Assembly: GCF_009914755.1 (NCBI RefSeq)
Contig: NC_060939.1
DNA length: 64,000 nucleotides
From: the human T2T-CHM13v2.0 reference genome, Homo sapiens
Direction: 5' to 3' (one strand)
Shown here: positions 45,986-58,751 of the stretch, piece after piece
Layout of the letters: every line of letters starts with the position of its first letter
Numbering within the stretch: position 1 is the first letter of the stretch
Translations under genes and position numbers: made by a program
The notes under the pieces: generated by a model
Databases searched by the model: none
Told to the model about the DNA's origin: nothing
The model's input: only the letters and a program-made list of their open reading frames with translations

Positions 45986-46624
45986 CTTGCTTACTTCACA
46001 TGTTTTTGTACTCGCCTGCTTTGAGGTTTCGACTTCTTGTAAAGCCTTGAAAACATAAATGTCCATGATGTCATTGTAGAAAGAAGAGCCAGCAAAAGAG
46101 ACTGAGAAGGAAATGGGGACAGGAGGGTTGATTTGGTTGTAGCATCAAATGGTTCTGGATAGCAAGAGATGATCAATGTGGGAAAAGGAATGGAAAAGCT
46201 TATGGAACAATGCCAAAGCCAGTCTGCCCCATTTAAAAATGCTTGCAAGGATTCTCAAGTTTGGTAGCTTAGAATTACATAGGTTGTGTGATTTAATTCA
46301 ACTATTTTGAAAATGATATTTCTTAGGATAATTAAAATTTTGTGATGCAGTAAAATATATTTATCTTTTTTTAATTTTATGGCTTACTCATATCTTATTA
46401 AATTATTGGGATGGTTTTATAATTTTAAGTGAAGTGTGAAAAAATTAAGGCAAGCACTTTAAAAATATCATACAGTTTAATATATGAATAGGAGGATAAG
46501 TATAGGATATAAAAATTATTCCAGTTTCTACAATGGACCTAAATCAAGTCTTAATATAATTTAGAACCCCAGAATCCTGAACACTTGATTTTCCTTTGTC
46601 ATTTGTATTTGATATTTCTAATAA

Positions 46625-46944
46625 ATGTTTTTATTTTAGAACAGTTTTAGGTTTAACAGAAAAGTTGCAAAGATAATCCCCAGAGTTTCCATTTACCCCA
46701 CACCTAATTTCTCTTATTAACTCCTCACATTACTATAATACATTTGTTATAAGTAATAAACTGATATTGGTAAACTGTTACTGATGCAAGTCCTTAATAT
46801 TTATAGTTTTATTTATATTATCTATTTCTCCTGTGAGAGCTGGCTGTTTGTGCCTTTCAAGAAGTTGGTCCATTTCATGTAAGTTATCAAATATATGGAA
46901 AAATATATTCAAAGTATTTATTTATTATCATTTTAATGTCCTTG
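46625..46944 (-). mobile_element. Old L1MC/MD fragments
   Basis: ttttagaacagttttaggttt...agaaaagttgcaaagata 3' end; tttcaagaagttggtccatttcatgtaagttatcaaat ORF2 piece. Confidence 0.6.
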
Positions 46945-47313
46945 TGTATTAGACCGTTTTCACACTGCTGATAAAGACATACCTGAGAATGGGCAATTTA
47001 CAAAAAAAAAAAAAAAGGTTTAATTGGACTTACAGTTCCACGTGGCTAGGGAAGCCTCAAAATCATGTGGAAGGCAAGGAGGAGCAAGTCACATCTTAAG
47101 TGGATGGCAGCAGGCAAAGAGAGAGGTTGAGCAGGGAAACCCCTCCTTATGATACCATCAGATCTCATGACACTTATTCATGAGAATAATTATTCTCACT
47201 ATCATGAGAACAGCACGGGAAAGACCAGCCCCCATGATTCAATTACCTCCCACTGGGTCCTTCCCACAATACGTAGAAATTCAAGATGAGATTTGGGCAG
47301 CCAAACTATATCA
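46945..47313 (-). mobile_element. THE1B-type LTR (3' LTR of the element)
   Basis: tgtattagaccgttttcacactgctgataaagacatacc...ggatggcagcaggcaaagagag...ccaaactatatca. Confidence 0.9.
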
Positions 47314-48916
47314 TTCTGCCCCAGCCCCTCCCAAATCTCATGTCCTCACATTTCAAAACCAGTCATGCCTTTCCAACAGTCCCCCAAAGTCTTAACTCAT
47401 TTCAGCATTAACGCAAGAGTCCACAGTCCAACATCTCATCTGGGACAAGGCAAGTCCCTTGTCTGCCTATAAGACTGTAAAACCAAAAGCAAGTTAGTTA
47501 CTTCCTAGATACTTGTTAGTTACTTCTAGTTACTTCCTAGATATTTCCTAGTTACTTCCTAGATACAATTTAATTGGCTCATGCTTCCACAGGCTATACA
47601 GAAGCATAGTACCAGCATCTGCTTGGCTTCTGCGGAGGGTACAGGCATTGTGTAAATACAGCCATTCAAAATGGGAGAAATTGGCCTAAATAAAGGGGCT
47701 ACAGGCCCCATGCAAATCTGAAATCCAGCGGGGCAGTCAAATCTTAAAGCTCCAAAATGATCTCCTTTGACTCCATGTCTCACATCCAGATCGCGCTGAT
47801 GCAATAGGTGGTTCCTGTGGTCTTGGGCAGCTCCTCCCCTGTGGCTTTGCAGGGTACGGCCTCCCTCCTGACTGGTTTCATGGGGGTGGCAATGAGTGTC
47901 TGCAACTTTTCCAGGGGCACGGTGCAAGCTGTAGGTGGATTTATCATTCTGGGGTGTGGAGGATGGTGGTCCTCTTCTCACAGCTCCACCAGGTGCTGCC
48001 CCAGTAGCTACTCTGTGTGGGGGCTCTGACCCCATATTTCCCTTCCACACTGCCCTACCAGAGGTTCTCCATGAGAGGTCTGCCCCTGCAGCAAACTTCT
48101 GCCTGGACATCCAGGCATTTCCATATGTCCTCTAAAATCTAGGCAGAGGTTCCCAACCCTCAATTCTTGACTTCTGTGCACTTGCAGGCTCAACACCATG
48201 TGGAAGCTGCCAAGGCTTGGGGCTTGCACCCTCTGAAGCCACAGCTCAAGCTGTACGTTGGCCCCTTTCACGCACAGCTGGAGTGGTTGTGATACAGGGC
48301 ACCAAGTTCCTAGACTGCACACAGCATGTGGACCCTGGGCCCAGCCCATGAAACCATTTTCTCCCAGACCTCTGGGCTTGTGATGGGAGGGGCTGCCTTG
48401 AAGAACTCCGACATTCTCTGGAGACATTTTCCCCATTGTCTTGGGGATTAACATTTGGCTCTTCCTTACTTATGCAAATTTCTGCAGCCAGCTTAAATTT
48501 CTCCTAAGAAAATGTATTTTTCTTTTCTATTGTATTGTCAGGCTGCAAATTTTCTGAACTTTAATTCTCTGCTTCCCTTACAAAAATTAATGCCTGCAAC
48601 AGTACCTAAGTCACTTCTTGAGTGCTTTGCTGCATAGAAATTTCTTCCACCAGATATCCTAAATTATCTCTCTCAAGTTCGAAGTTCCACAAATCTCTAG
48701 GGCAGGGGCAATACGCCACCAGTCTCTTTGCTAAAGTGTAACAAGAATCACGTTTGCTCCAGTGCCCAACAAGTTCCCCATCTCCATCTGAGACCACCTC
48801 AGCCTAGACCTTATTGTCCATATTGCTATCAAGGTTTTGGTCAAAGCCATTCAACAAGTTTCTAGGAAGTTCCAAACTTTCCCACATTTTCTTGTCTTCT
48901 TCTGAGTTCTCCAAAC
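47314..48916 (-). mobile_element. THE1 internal region, broken just before its 5' LTR
   Basis: THE1-int motifs throughout (cccctcccaaatctcatgtcctcacatttcaaaacc; ORF remnants MSRQKFAAG, CPCPRDLWNFELERD); stops at tctgagttctccaaact. Confidence 0.9.
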
Positions 48917-49392
48917 TACTACCAGAGAAACAAAGACCATCCTCCAAAGAGAGCTTTTTTAAAGCCTCTGTAAACTCTCCTCTACTTTTCTCAATAAAAT
49001 TGAATCCCTGACAGCTTGTGCTTAGTCTTTCTCAACCTGACAGGAGGGTTTCCAGGTAACATAGATTATGATTATTTCTTTAGCATTTCAACATCAAATT
49101 TCTTTTAAAACTTCCCACCATTTATCCTTATCTAATAATCTTCTAGCTGATTGAGCAGCCCAAATCATGTTTTCCCATGGCTCTCATACACCCCATATAT
49201 TGTTACAATGAGGGGGTAAAATTTGCAATCCAAAGTGAGTCTCACTTTCAAGAAATGTAATTTTCCCTGGGGTTTTCTGAGGTCTGCCATGAGTGGACTC
49301 TCAGCTGTATATCATCTCTTCATTTCTTCACAATGGCTTTTGTCTAGTCTCAACACTTCCATGCATTTGTAATTTATAGATAAAATATGTCT
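48917..49392 (-). repeat. Inverted copy of 31505-31980
   Basis: Direct reverse-complement alignment; both copies are 476 bp. Confidence 0.95.
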
Positions 49393-50449
49393 GTAGATGC
49401 ATATAGTTGGGTCTGTTTTTTATCCAGTATGATATTCTGTCTTTTAATTGGTTCTTTCAGTTATTCACACAAATTAATGTCTAACATGTTTGTTAATCAC
49501 TTTCTATTTATTGTATTTGTTCTTAATTTCTCTCTTTCTTTGCTTTTTCTGATTTAGTTAAGCAATTACAAATTACGGGAAATACATTCTAGTTTTCATT
49601 TTGACTGATTTTTAAGAACAGACTACTGATGGCAAGAAAGAAATGTCTGTAATCGCAATTGCTTAAATGCCATGCTGCATAGGTGAAATTTTAATTATGT
49701 GGTAATAAAGCATGATAAGTCTGCAAGATAAGCACTATGGTAAATATAGAAAAAAATATGAGCAGAACACCTATCCTTGAGGGAAAAAATGTAGATAATC
49801 TAGAATTGATCCTATGTATTTATTGTCTGTAGTATTAAAATTATTAGGTATCTTCTTTTCTTCCACAACAGATGCCACTTGTAGGAAATGTATTATCTAT
49901 CGGGAATTATAATAACTGTTAGCATTTACTGCATACTTGCTATGGGTAGGTACTCTAATAATAACTTCAATACAAATGTTTTAAGTAAGGCGGTCATTCA
50001 ATATTCTATAAATAAAATATAGAATAAATACATGATGATAATGGATTGAGGGGAAAAGATGTTCCATTTTATAAGTGTATTAAATGTTGTATCCATTGAG
50101 GACACTGATAATATTGATCCTGTTTCCTTTCTACCTAACACAGCGTTTGAATCACAAGTATCTTCTGAATGAATTGGAATTTTACATTTTCAGGGAAGAA
50201 TTTAAAGGATTTAACTGTAAAAATAGAAAGTTATTCTCACGTAAATATTTTTAAAATGTGATCCTTGATGTGAAATCTATGTGTGTATCTCTCTTACATA
50301 TATCTTTCTTAACAATTAAAGATGAGGAAAAGGAATAAGAATAGATCTTAAGGAAATATTCAATTAAGGATTCTAAAATTATAATAGAAACTTAAATGAA
50401 GCTTTTTTCATTTGCTTACTTCCAGACAGTGAATGTCTTAAGCATGCCA

Positions 50450-51030
50450 AAGGAAAACATATTGAAGAGTATGCTGGACTAAATGGTGATTAAACTCTCC
50501 AAAATTTTGCTGTTCAAATGGTGCCATTCTTTGTTCTCAATCATGCATAAGTGTACAAAGGTACCACTTTTTTTCTTCTTCATAGTCCAATATACTTTAT
50601 TTCCATTATCCATCCTTTCACCTGCAGTCTTTGTATATTGGCAGCTTTCAGGAGTTGTAATATAATTCCTCATCCTTATTCTTAATGTCTTCTGGCATCT
50701 GCCATATTGGATTTCATGAGAAAAGAAGAAATGTTTCCTTGAACAGTTTAAAAATCTATCCTAAATATATTGTTGTGTATTTTCTTTCACTTTTTTCTCT
50801 ATTTTTTTTTTCTGCCACAGCTGTAGATTCATCCGTATGGTACCTTCTCAAGAATGCAGCCAATTTTCTTGTATCATTATCTAATTCAGAAGTGTTGTGA
50901 CTTTTGTTATTTTGAAGCTCTTATACTTCTGAAATCATGTGTTTGGGGACTCTGTTTTTGCAATTTCTGTTTTTCATCTCTTTAAAGAAAGCATTGTTTC
51001 TAGTTATATAATGAGCCTGAAAACAAGAAA
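50450..51030 (-). mobile_element. Possible ancient RTE-clade LINE fragment (L4/MamRTE-like)
   Basis: Minus-strand peptides ITRNNAFFKEMKN, DTRKLAAF and MIENKEWHHL loosely resemble the RTE RT C-terminus, in the expected order. Confidence 0.3.
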
Positions 51031-51478
51031 GTATAATTGGATTTGACCAAAAGAGATACAAAAAAAGAATCATTGCTGCCTCCTCTAACTGGCTGAATAA
51101 TACACATATTTCAGAAATCACTCTGAAATACTTCTAAACCTAAACTGAGTAATTGACTCATACTATCCTCTGACCTAATTTCTTCTATAAAGTGGAAGGC
51201 ACATGGCCGTAGATAGACATGAGTTCAATTCAAACTCCACATCTTAAATTTTACATTTCAAAGGAAGTGATCAACCACATATAAATGTTGCAAAGACTTA
51301 GCCTAAAACAGCTTAGCAACTTTTAAACAGTACAGTTACATCAAGACTATAGAAGCACTGTAATGTTGTAGATTGGGTAGGGTGGAGGGGTTATGTATGG
51401 GGGATTCTTATGAGGGTAATTTTGGATAAGGTTACCAATATGCTCTTAATACCTCTTCCTCATGCCAATCCCATCACA

Positions 51479-51546
<68 letters not shown>
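51479..51546. repeat. Compound (CA)n(GA)n microsatellite
   Basis: About 24 CA units followed by about 9 GA units. Confidence 0.97.
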
Positions 51547-52879
51547 AAGATTGAGTTGATACCGATTTTTCACCTTAAGCCTAGTGAGAGATTATTCAAC
51601 AGGACCATTCAGAGGTTTGATATGTGTCCCAAGTGTGTTTATAAGGTACACTAAATTGGTATCTTGCTTCTGCCTAGGAAATCTTTCAGCATAAAGAATG
51701 AGCTAGCTAGGAACTTTGATGGCAATGTAAAGGAGAGCTGCTGATGCACTAGGATTCAGTTTGAAAAATCTAGGGTTAACAGAGCTAATAATGAGTTAAA
51801 TGACTGGCTTTCTTAGGGCTGAAGGAACAGGCAACCTCCAGAATAGAGTACTACCTTGAAGGAGTTCAAAGCTATAGCTACACAGTGGGAAAAGTGAACA
51901 AAAGGGATAAAGCAGACCATAGTCCTTTTCTGAGGCAACTGGTTCTAGCCAGAGGATGCAGAAATAAGTTTTACCTTCCATCAGATTGGAAGCTTTGATG
52001 ATTATATGGGAGTAGGCAGTTTTAATTAATAAATGAAACTGTCTTTGAAGCAAATTCACCTGGACTGTCTACTACTTACCAGTGTCCAAATAATCTTGTT
52101 GCTGTCCAGGGGCAATGGAAGAACTGCATCCACTGAGATGGTTTAAAGGGACAATAAGAAATAGAAATAAAATTGCTCTTATTTTTAAACTCCATAAGTC
52201 TTGCTTTATTAATTCTATTATGTTTATGGCCTTGAGCAAGTTATGGAAACTCTCAATGCCTCATCTGTAAAGTTAACTATTAAAACTTTATAATATTGCT
52301 ACAAAGGTTCAAATGTTTTTTTAAAAGTTTCAAGAATTATTTAAATTATGTAACACTGTGTCTAATTGATAATAACAAATAAATAGTATCTACTGTATTT
52401 TTCCTAGCTTACTTGGGCATTTCACCTATGATGAAGATACATTTTGCCATATTCACTGGACTTGAATAGAGGTACTGCCTTCACACTGCTTGACAACAAA
52501 TATTGAGTATTTGCTTTTCACAAGGCATTACTAGGTAATTTTTCATATTTTTTCATCTAGCACCCAAAAAAGGCCATATAAAATTACTGGCATTTGTACC
52601 ATGATATTTAATGCATTTTGAGAGTTAGAGATGTTAAAAAAAACTTGCTCAAATCACAGAGCTAGTAAGAAGCAAAGCCATAATTCTAATCCTCTTCTCC
52701 ATACTACATGACCAAGACATCTTTCTAGTATCTCCAAGCTATTAATAATCATTTTAATAGATGTTCTCTCAAAGTGTCTAACAAAGGACAGAAGAAAGAT
52801 GCAACTGTTTTCTGAAAAGATATAGCATGAAATAATTTTATTTCATGTGTTATAAGCACCCTTATGCCTGTAGACATAC

Positions 52880-53240
52880 TTTTCTTTTTCAATAAGTATG
52901 TCAGCATTCTGAGTCTCCAGCCCCATATGTACAGAACTCTGAGTGACCAAAAAAATATATGAGGTTTCTGCTCTTAAGGGATTTAGACCCTTCTTAGGAA
53001 AATAAGATCAGATATAACTGGATAAAATCAGCTGTACTCAAATGTGGCAGAAACAGTGAGTGAGTGATAAGGAAGGAAAATGCAAACAAGTACTTGTCTG
53101 AGGTAGAGTTTTAGCAAGAAAGAAAAGTAGAAGAAGGTGAGTTTGAGGTGGGCCTGAGAGAATGAGAGGGCTTCAGAGAGCCTGATCAAAAGCAGCAGGC
53201 TCTTACAGAGGAGAGGAAGAGCAAAAGTATAAGACACATT
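52880..53240 (-). mobile_element. L2 fragment
   Basis: gtttctgctcttaaggg...agaaggtgagtttgaggtgggcctgag reverse L2 motifs. Confidence 0.45.
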
Positions 53241-54258
53241 CCGGGTTCAGGTTTGTGATGGGTCTGAGTTTTTCATTCTGAATCTATTTAGATGGAAATC
53301 CAATATGGTTTTACATATAAAAAGTATCCATTCTTAGAATTATTGAGATAATAGAATTATACATGACATCATAAAAAAGTATAAACGCTTGGCTGAATAA
53401 AGCTGAGTTATGTTTTTATTAAAAAAAAAAAACAGAAAAAACTGTACTGACTGTACTGATGCAGCACCCAATCATGTTTGGGCTATAACCTAAGATAAGA
53501 TAACAAGTTGAGAGTATTTATTCTACTAAAAAAAAATAAATTTTATGTTAAAGTGTATGTAGAGTCAAATAATTAGAATATTGAGAATAATGCTGCCCAT
53601 ATATTTTTAAATTCACATTTATCTGTAACTAATAAGAATTTTCAAACATAACATTTTTAAATAAAGCATTTCATTAGTTTTATGCACATTTGTTTTAAGT
53701 AAAAGCCACAATTTAAAAATATACAACATCTTCAAGCCTGACTTTTAACAGCACCTAAATTCTTAGGGCCAGTGTGTAAACAGGTAAGGGGAATGTTTCT
53801 CAAATTTTTAAACAAATCAGAATGGCAGAGAGAAAGAAGATGAAACAGGGACAAAGGAAAAGAGATATTGTAACTGGTAGTAAAACACATGAAGCACACA
53901 GTAAGCTCTGTTGAATTGTCAGAAATTTTTCAATGGTTTCAACTGCAAATTATCTTCTATATTCCATAAAACAGTGCATTAGAATATTAAAGCTAGCATT
54001 TTATTTGTGTTTATGATCATGTCCCTGCTCCACACAGAATGACACCTACACATACAATCTTATGAATGTGCAAATAACTTAGTAGATTAAATCTCTAAAC
54101 TTGTACTTTAAACCTCTAATTCCTAACTCTTTTTCATTGACGAGATATCAGTAGCATCAAAATTTGGTGTTGGACAAAAAAAAAAAAAAGGACCTGAAAA
54201 GACCTGACTTTGAACTTTTCTTGACCTTGCATGAAGGGCTTCATTCAATTCCCCATCA

Positions 54259-55286
54259 CATTCCTGGACCAAACTGAGGGTTGGGCTGCTTATTCTCATG
54301 GCCCAATAACAAGATGCAGACAAACTGGGAAAGAAGAGAATTCAGTTCTGTAATTAGGTACAGGGAGAAGGCTGGGAAAATATCACCAGACCAACACAAA
54401 ATTACAAAGTTTTCCAGAAATTATATACCTTCTAAGCTATACGTCTATGTGTAAGTGTGCATTCATCTAAAGACATAAGTTATTAACTTCTTCTCATCTA
54501 TAGCTAAGGTCTGAGTCCTGAAGACCTTCCTCTGGAGCCTCAGTAAATGATATGGTTTGGCTGTGTCCCCATCAAAATCTCAACTTGAATTGTATATCCC
54601 AGAATTCCCACATGTTGTGGGAGGGACCCGGGCGAGGTAATTGAATCATGGGGCCAGTCTTTCTCATGCTATTCTCACGATAGTTAATAAGTCTCACCAG
54701 ATCTGATGGGTTTATCAGAGGTTTCCGCTTTTGCTTCTTCCTCATTTTCTCTTGCCGTCACCATGTAAGAAGTGCCTTTCACCTCCCATCATGATTCTGA
54801 GACCTCCCCAGCCATGTGGAAATGTAAGTCTAATTAAAACTCTTTTTCTTCCCGGTCTCAGGCATGTCTTTATCAGAAGTACCAAAACAGACTAATACAG
54901 TACATTTACTTAATCTAGATGGGTTCAGGTACTGGGGGTGATTACCCTTATCTTGTCTCCTGCTAAGTCATGAAGGTTTGGGGAGTTTCTTTAGAGCCCC
55001 AGTAAAACTTGTTTGCGGAGGTCTGGGGAATTTCTTCAGACCACCAATAAAACTTGTTTAATCCTAAATGGGTCCTGTTAAGAATTTATTCATTTTCTTG
55101 TCAGGCTTCAACACTCAGGAAAGGCCTAGGCAAGACTATTCATCAGCATTTGTTACATTCCAGATTTTGCATAAGGGCATTGGTTCCTTCAGCTTTTTAA
55201 TATTTAACCTAACTACTCAGTCAGTGCTGAAACAGTTGTGATGGAGGCCTGCCTGTTCAGCTGTTAGTGAGACCTGGCCTGCCACA
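54259..55286 (-). mobile_element. ERV1 MER4-group solo LTR (MER67-like), split by THE1A
   Basis: Termini ttcctggaccaaactgaggg ... gtgagacctggcctgccaca; 4-bp TSD atca at 54255-54258 and 55287-55290. Family name less certain than LTR status. Confidence 0.75.
54548..54899 (+). mobile_element. THE1A solo LTR
   Basis: tgatatggtttggctgtgtcccc...ctcaacttgaattgta...ggtttccgcttttgcttcttcctc...actaataca; TSD gtaaa / gtaca. Confidence 0.92.
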
Positions 55287-55457
55287 ATCATGCTTCATTG
55301 AAGAACAAATTTTTAAAAATAAAGCAAACAAAATAATAACAATAACATGTGATAACAAATGGCATGACTTGTTTACTGAGTATGGGATGTATATGTTGCT
55401 AAACAAGCCTGGATTTGGAAGCCGGTTCCACCACTTAATTAGCTATTTGTCCCAGGA

Positions 55458-55620
55458 GAGTGATTATCAAACCTGGGTACACACCAGTCTCTTGGGAATT
55501 TTGTTAAAATGCAGCTTCTAACCCAGCAGGTTTGGGGGTGTCTAAGATTCTACATTTCTAACAAGCTCCCAATGATACTTACACTGCTAGAACAAGGACC
55601 ACACACCTAGTTGCAAGGTT
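55458..55620. mobile_element. MER5A/B hAT-Charlie MITE (within a MIR)
   Basis: tgttaaaatgcag...tctacatttctaacaagctcccaatgata...ggaccacac. Confidence 0.65.
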
Positions 55621-57674
55621 CTATAGCAAGCCACATAAGATTGCCAAGGCTCACATTCTACTCTGTACAGAAGATATTATCTCCTTTGAGGATTCCTGCA
55701 AATATGTAAATGTGGTGATTAGCACCATTGGCTGGGGTGCAGTAGATCTTCCATAAATGCCTTTGGTGCAACAGGTAACTTACAGACATCTTTCTACCAT
55801 CTTTAATATGGTTTTCCTTGGGGAAAGTTTGCTTAAATCTAAATTTTCCTTTGAGGGGTAGTCTGACAGTTAAGTTAACAATTCCTGTAAAATATTCAAA
55901 GTAACTGTGATTAGGGTATTGCAAATTCCTTGCCAGTTTTAAAGGGTTAATTAACAATGATAACTTCAAGCATTATTAAAGCCCTCACCTTGAGCTATTA
56001 ACGAAATAACCTTGAGGTAACCAGCTATCACCTAGACAAAATGCCTTATAAGGCTTGAAATAATGACACCACATTGTATCACCACCAAATCTGCATTTCA
56101 AAACCAGCAAAACACAGCTGTCTGTCAGCCTGTCCAAAATCATTCAGCTCCAACCTAAATGTGTTTTTATGCTTTTCACCACAAATTTTAACAGTGACAA
56201 ATGGAGAGACGGCTTCTTTAACCCAATGAAACTCTCACCACCTCTGAGAGAGTCCCTCTCTCTCATTTTAAATGTTTCCTAAAACAAGATGTACAATGTC
56301 TGTGTCACAGAGGATGTCACAGCTCATTAGTCATCTAATCCTGCACCTCTGAGAAGCCTGGTACCCACATGGGAAGAGAACAGTTCCCTAAGGTGGTGAC
56401 TTCCAACGCTTTGAAAGGACGTCTTACTGTCTAACTCTACTTAAGGTATTTTCAGCTTTTCCATTTCAAAGTACATCTTTAACTACTATATTAATAATCA
56501 TGAAGCCATGTCTCCCTTGAGAAATGAACAAATACACGTTTTGTCATGAGTCTGAATTCATTGGTTCTCCTTTAATATTAATGCCTCTAAATTTGTTTAT
56601 TGAGTGTCATTTTAGCATACTTATTTTAAAAACTAAAGAAAGGATATTAACAATATAATTCATGTATGAAATGTTTAATATTTAACACTACCTCCTAGCT
56701 GCTCACAATCTAATATATTAATACAGACGCATCAATATGCTAAAGGAAATGCCTCACGATGTTAGAAAATGTTATGGACCCAAAGGAGCCATGTCTAGTT
56801 AATTACTAAAGAGTAATCTCCATCTGGTAGATTCTGTCTTCCCTGGCTTATTCTCTGATAGGTCTCCGGATGATCTCTGAAACAGTCTCCTTAAGCACGC
56901 AAAGGTTCCAGAGGTTATTAGTAGTAATTGTGTTGCATAACGGAGGGAATTCTGTTTAGCGCAATGGAAGCAGCAATGCCATTATTAGTTGATTAGCATG
57001 AACAATCTTTGACAATATGTAGCACCAACTATGACTCCAACTGGCAGCAGCTCATTATTCTGACTGCTATTTGATTTGCAGTATTATCAACTACAAAGTG
57101 AGCAACATGGACGAGGAAGAAAAGCAGTAATTGAAGGATATTTTTATGAGCACGGGCCAGCGGGAGACATGAAGTTTCATTGTTTAGGAGAATGAATCTG
57201 CCTTAAACAATTGAGATTTGGGGGTTATATTTAGAGGCTAGAATTCTATTAAAATAATGCATAAAACTTGCTATCATTCATCCTACCTTTAGGATACATA
57301 TCACAGGATATATTTTTTGGTCCAATTAAGTAGAAAGCAGGAAAAGCATTATTGTAGGTTTATAGTATTTATCAAGGGACAATTTTTATAGCAAACAAGA
57401 TGAGAACACAAGAAAAAGGGAACACTATGAAAAGGAGTCATTGCTAAAAGGATTTTGAAAATTAAGTAACACAGGAGTTGCTAAGAGAGAAAATATATTT
57501 TCTAGGTAGACAAATGCTACATTCTTGGAATAATCTAAACAGAAACATCTTAAGTTTATAAGGCAAATATTTTCAGATGAATTACAATGCTGATATCACC
57601 AATAACAAGAGGGCTTTGTTTTGGTTTGGTTTTGAGGCTTTTTGGTTGCTCCAAATGATATCTTATGATGCTTA

Positions 57675-58438
57675 TGTGGACAAAAAGAGTCAAACTCTTT
57701 AAAATATTTTAAGAGATTTATTCTGAGCCAAATATGTGAGACCATGGCCCATGACACAGCCTTTAGGAGGTCCTGAGAGCATGTGCCCCAGGTGGTTGGG
57801 ATGCAGCTTGGTTTTATACATATTTTAGGGAAGCATGGCCCATCAATCAAATACATTTAAGAAATACATTGGTTTGGTTCAGAAAGGTGGGACAACTCAA
57901 AGCAGGGGCTTCCAGGCTATAGGTAAATTTAAACATTTTCCGGTTGACAATTGGTTGAGTTTATCTGAAGACCTGGGATCAATGAAAAGGAACTTTCAGG
58001 TTAAGATAAAGGATTGTGGAGACCAAGTTTTATTGCACAGAGGAATCTCTCAGATAGCAGACTTCAGAGAGAGACAGCAGGTTGTAAAATGTTTCTTATC
58101 AGATCTAAAAGGGTGCCTGGCTCTTAGTTGATTATCTCCTGGATCCGGAAAGAAAGGAAGGAAAACAAAGGGGAAAGGGGATTCTTTATAGGATGGGGAT
58201 TCTAGTCCTATAGAGACTTTGCAGGGAAATATCAAGGTATGGCAAGGAAATATATTTTGGGGTTAAATATTTTTTCCTTGTCTTGTAATGTGATGCCAGA
58301 GTCGGATTGAAAAGTCAGTCACAATGTATAGGGTCAAACAAAACCCGTCTGATGAGAATGTATGGTTTGTAGGGCATGACTCCCTAGACCCCTTAAGTAG
58401 GAATTTAGGCAAGATAAAAAATCAGAGTTTAGCCCTTA
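57675..58438 (-). mobile_element. MER4 (MER4E/D-type) LTR, 3' LTR of a provirus
   Basis: tgtggacaaaaagagtcaaactct...ttattctgagccaaatatg...gggcatgactccctagacccctta...aaatcagagtttagccctta; purine tract adjacent on the minus strand. Confidence 0.85.
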
Positions 58439-58717
58439 GTCCCGCTTCTTGGTCAAAAAGCATTCCACAGAATACATATGCAGGCCAAGAAAACAGCAAC
58501 AGGTCCCATGGCACTAGGAAAGCTTATTCCTAGAGTTGTCTGATTTGGCCATCTGGCAGTGTCCCATGGAGCTAGGAAGGCTTATTTCTAGAGTCCTCTG
58601 ATTTGATGGCCTTAGTTTTAAAAATTAGTGATTTGCATAACCAGGGGGGGACATGGTCTGACCTGATGTAATAGCCAATTGTTTAAGGTGTGAGATGGAG
58701 TCAGGCCTAAGGTTAAG

Positions 58718-58721
<4 letters not shown>

Positions 58722-58749
<28 letters not shown>
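58722..58749 (+). repeat. Poly-A tract (~28 nt)
   Basis: Uninterrupted A run inside MER4-int. Confidence 0.9.

Positions 58750-58751
<2 letters not shown>

Noticed and set aside
47493-47568. CRISPR-like repeat array
   Set aside because: No unique spacers of regular length, eukaryotic context and no cas genes; explained as microduplication.
47559-48797. 183-aa and 148-aa minus-strand ORFs
   Set aside because: Frameshifted remnants of the THE1 internal ORF, not a host gene.
58500-58610. ~58-bp tandem duplication in MER4-int, plus short stutters at ~62795 and ~63010
   Set aside because: Small slippage duplications or consensus features of MER4-int; no sign of function.
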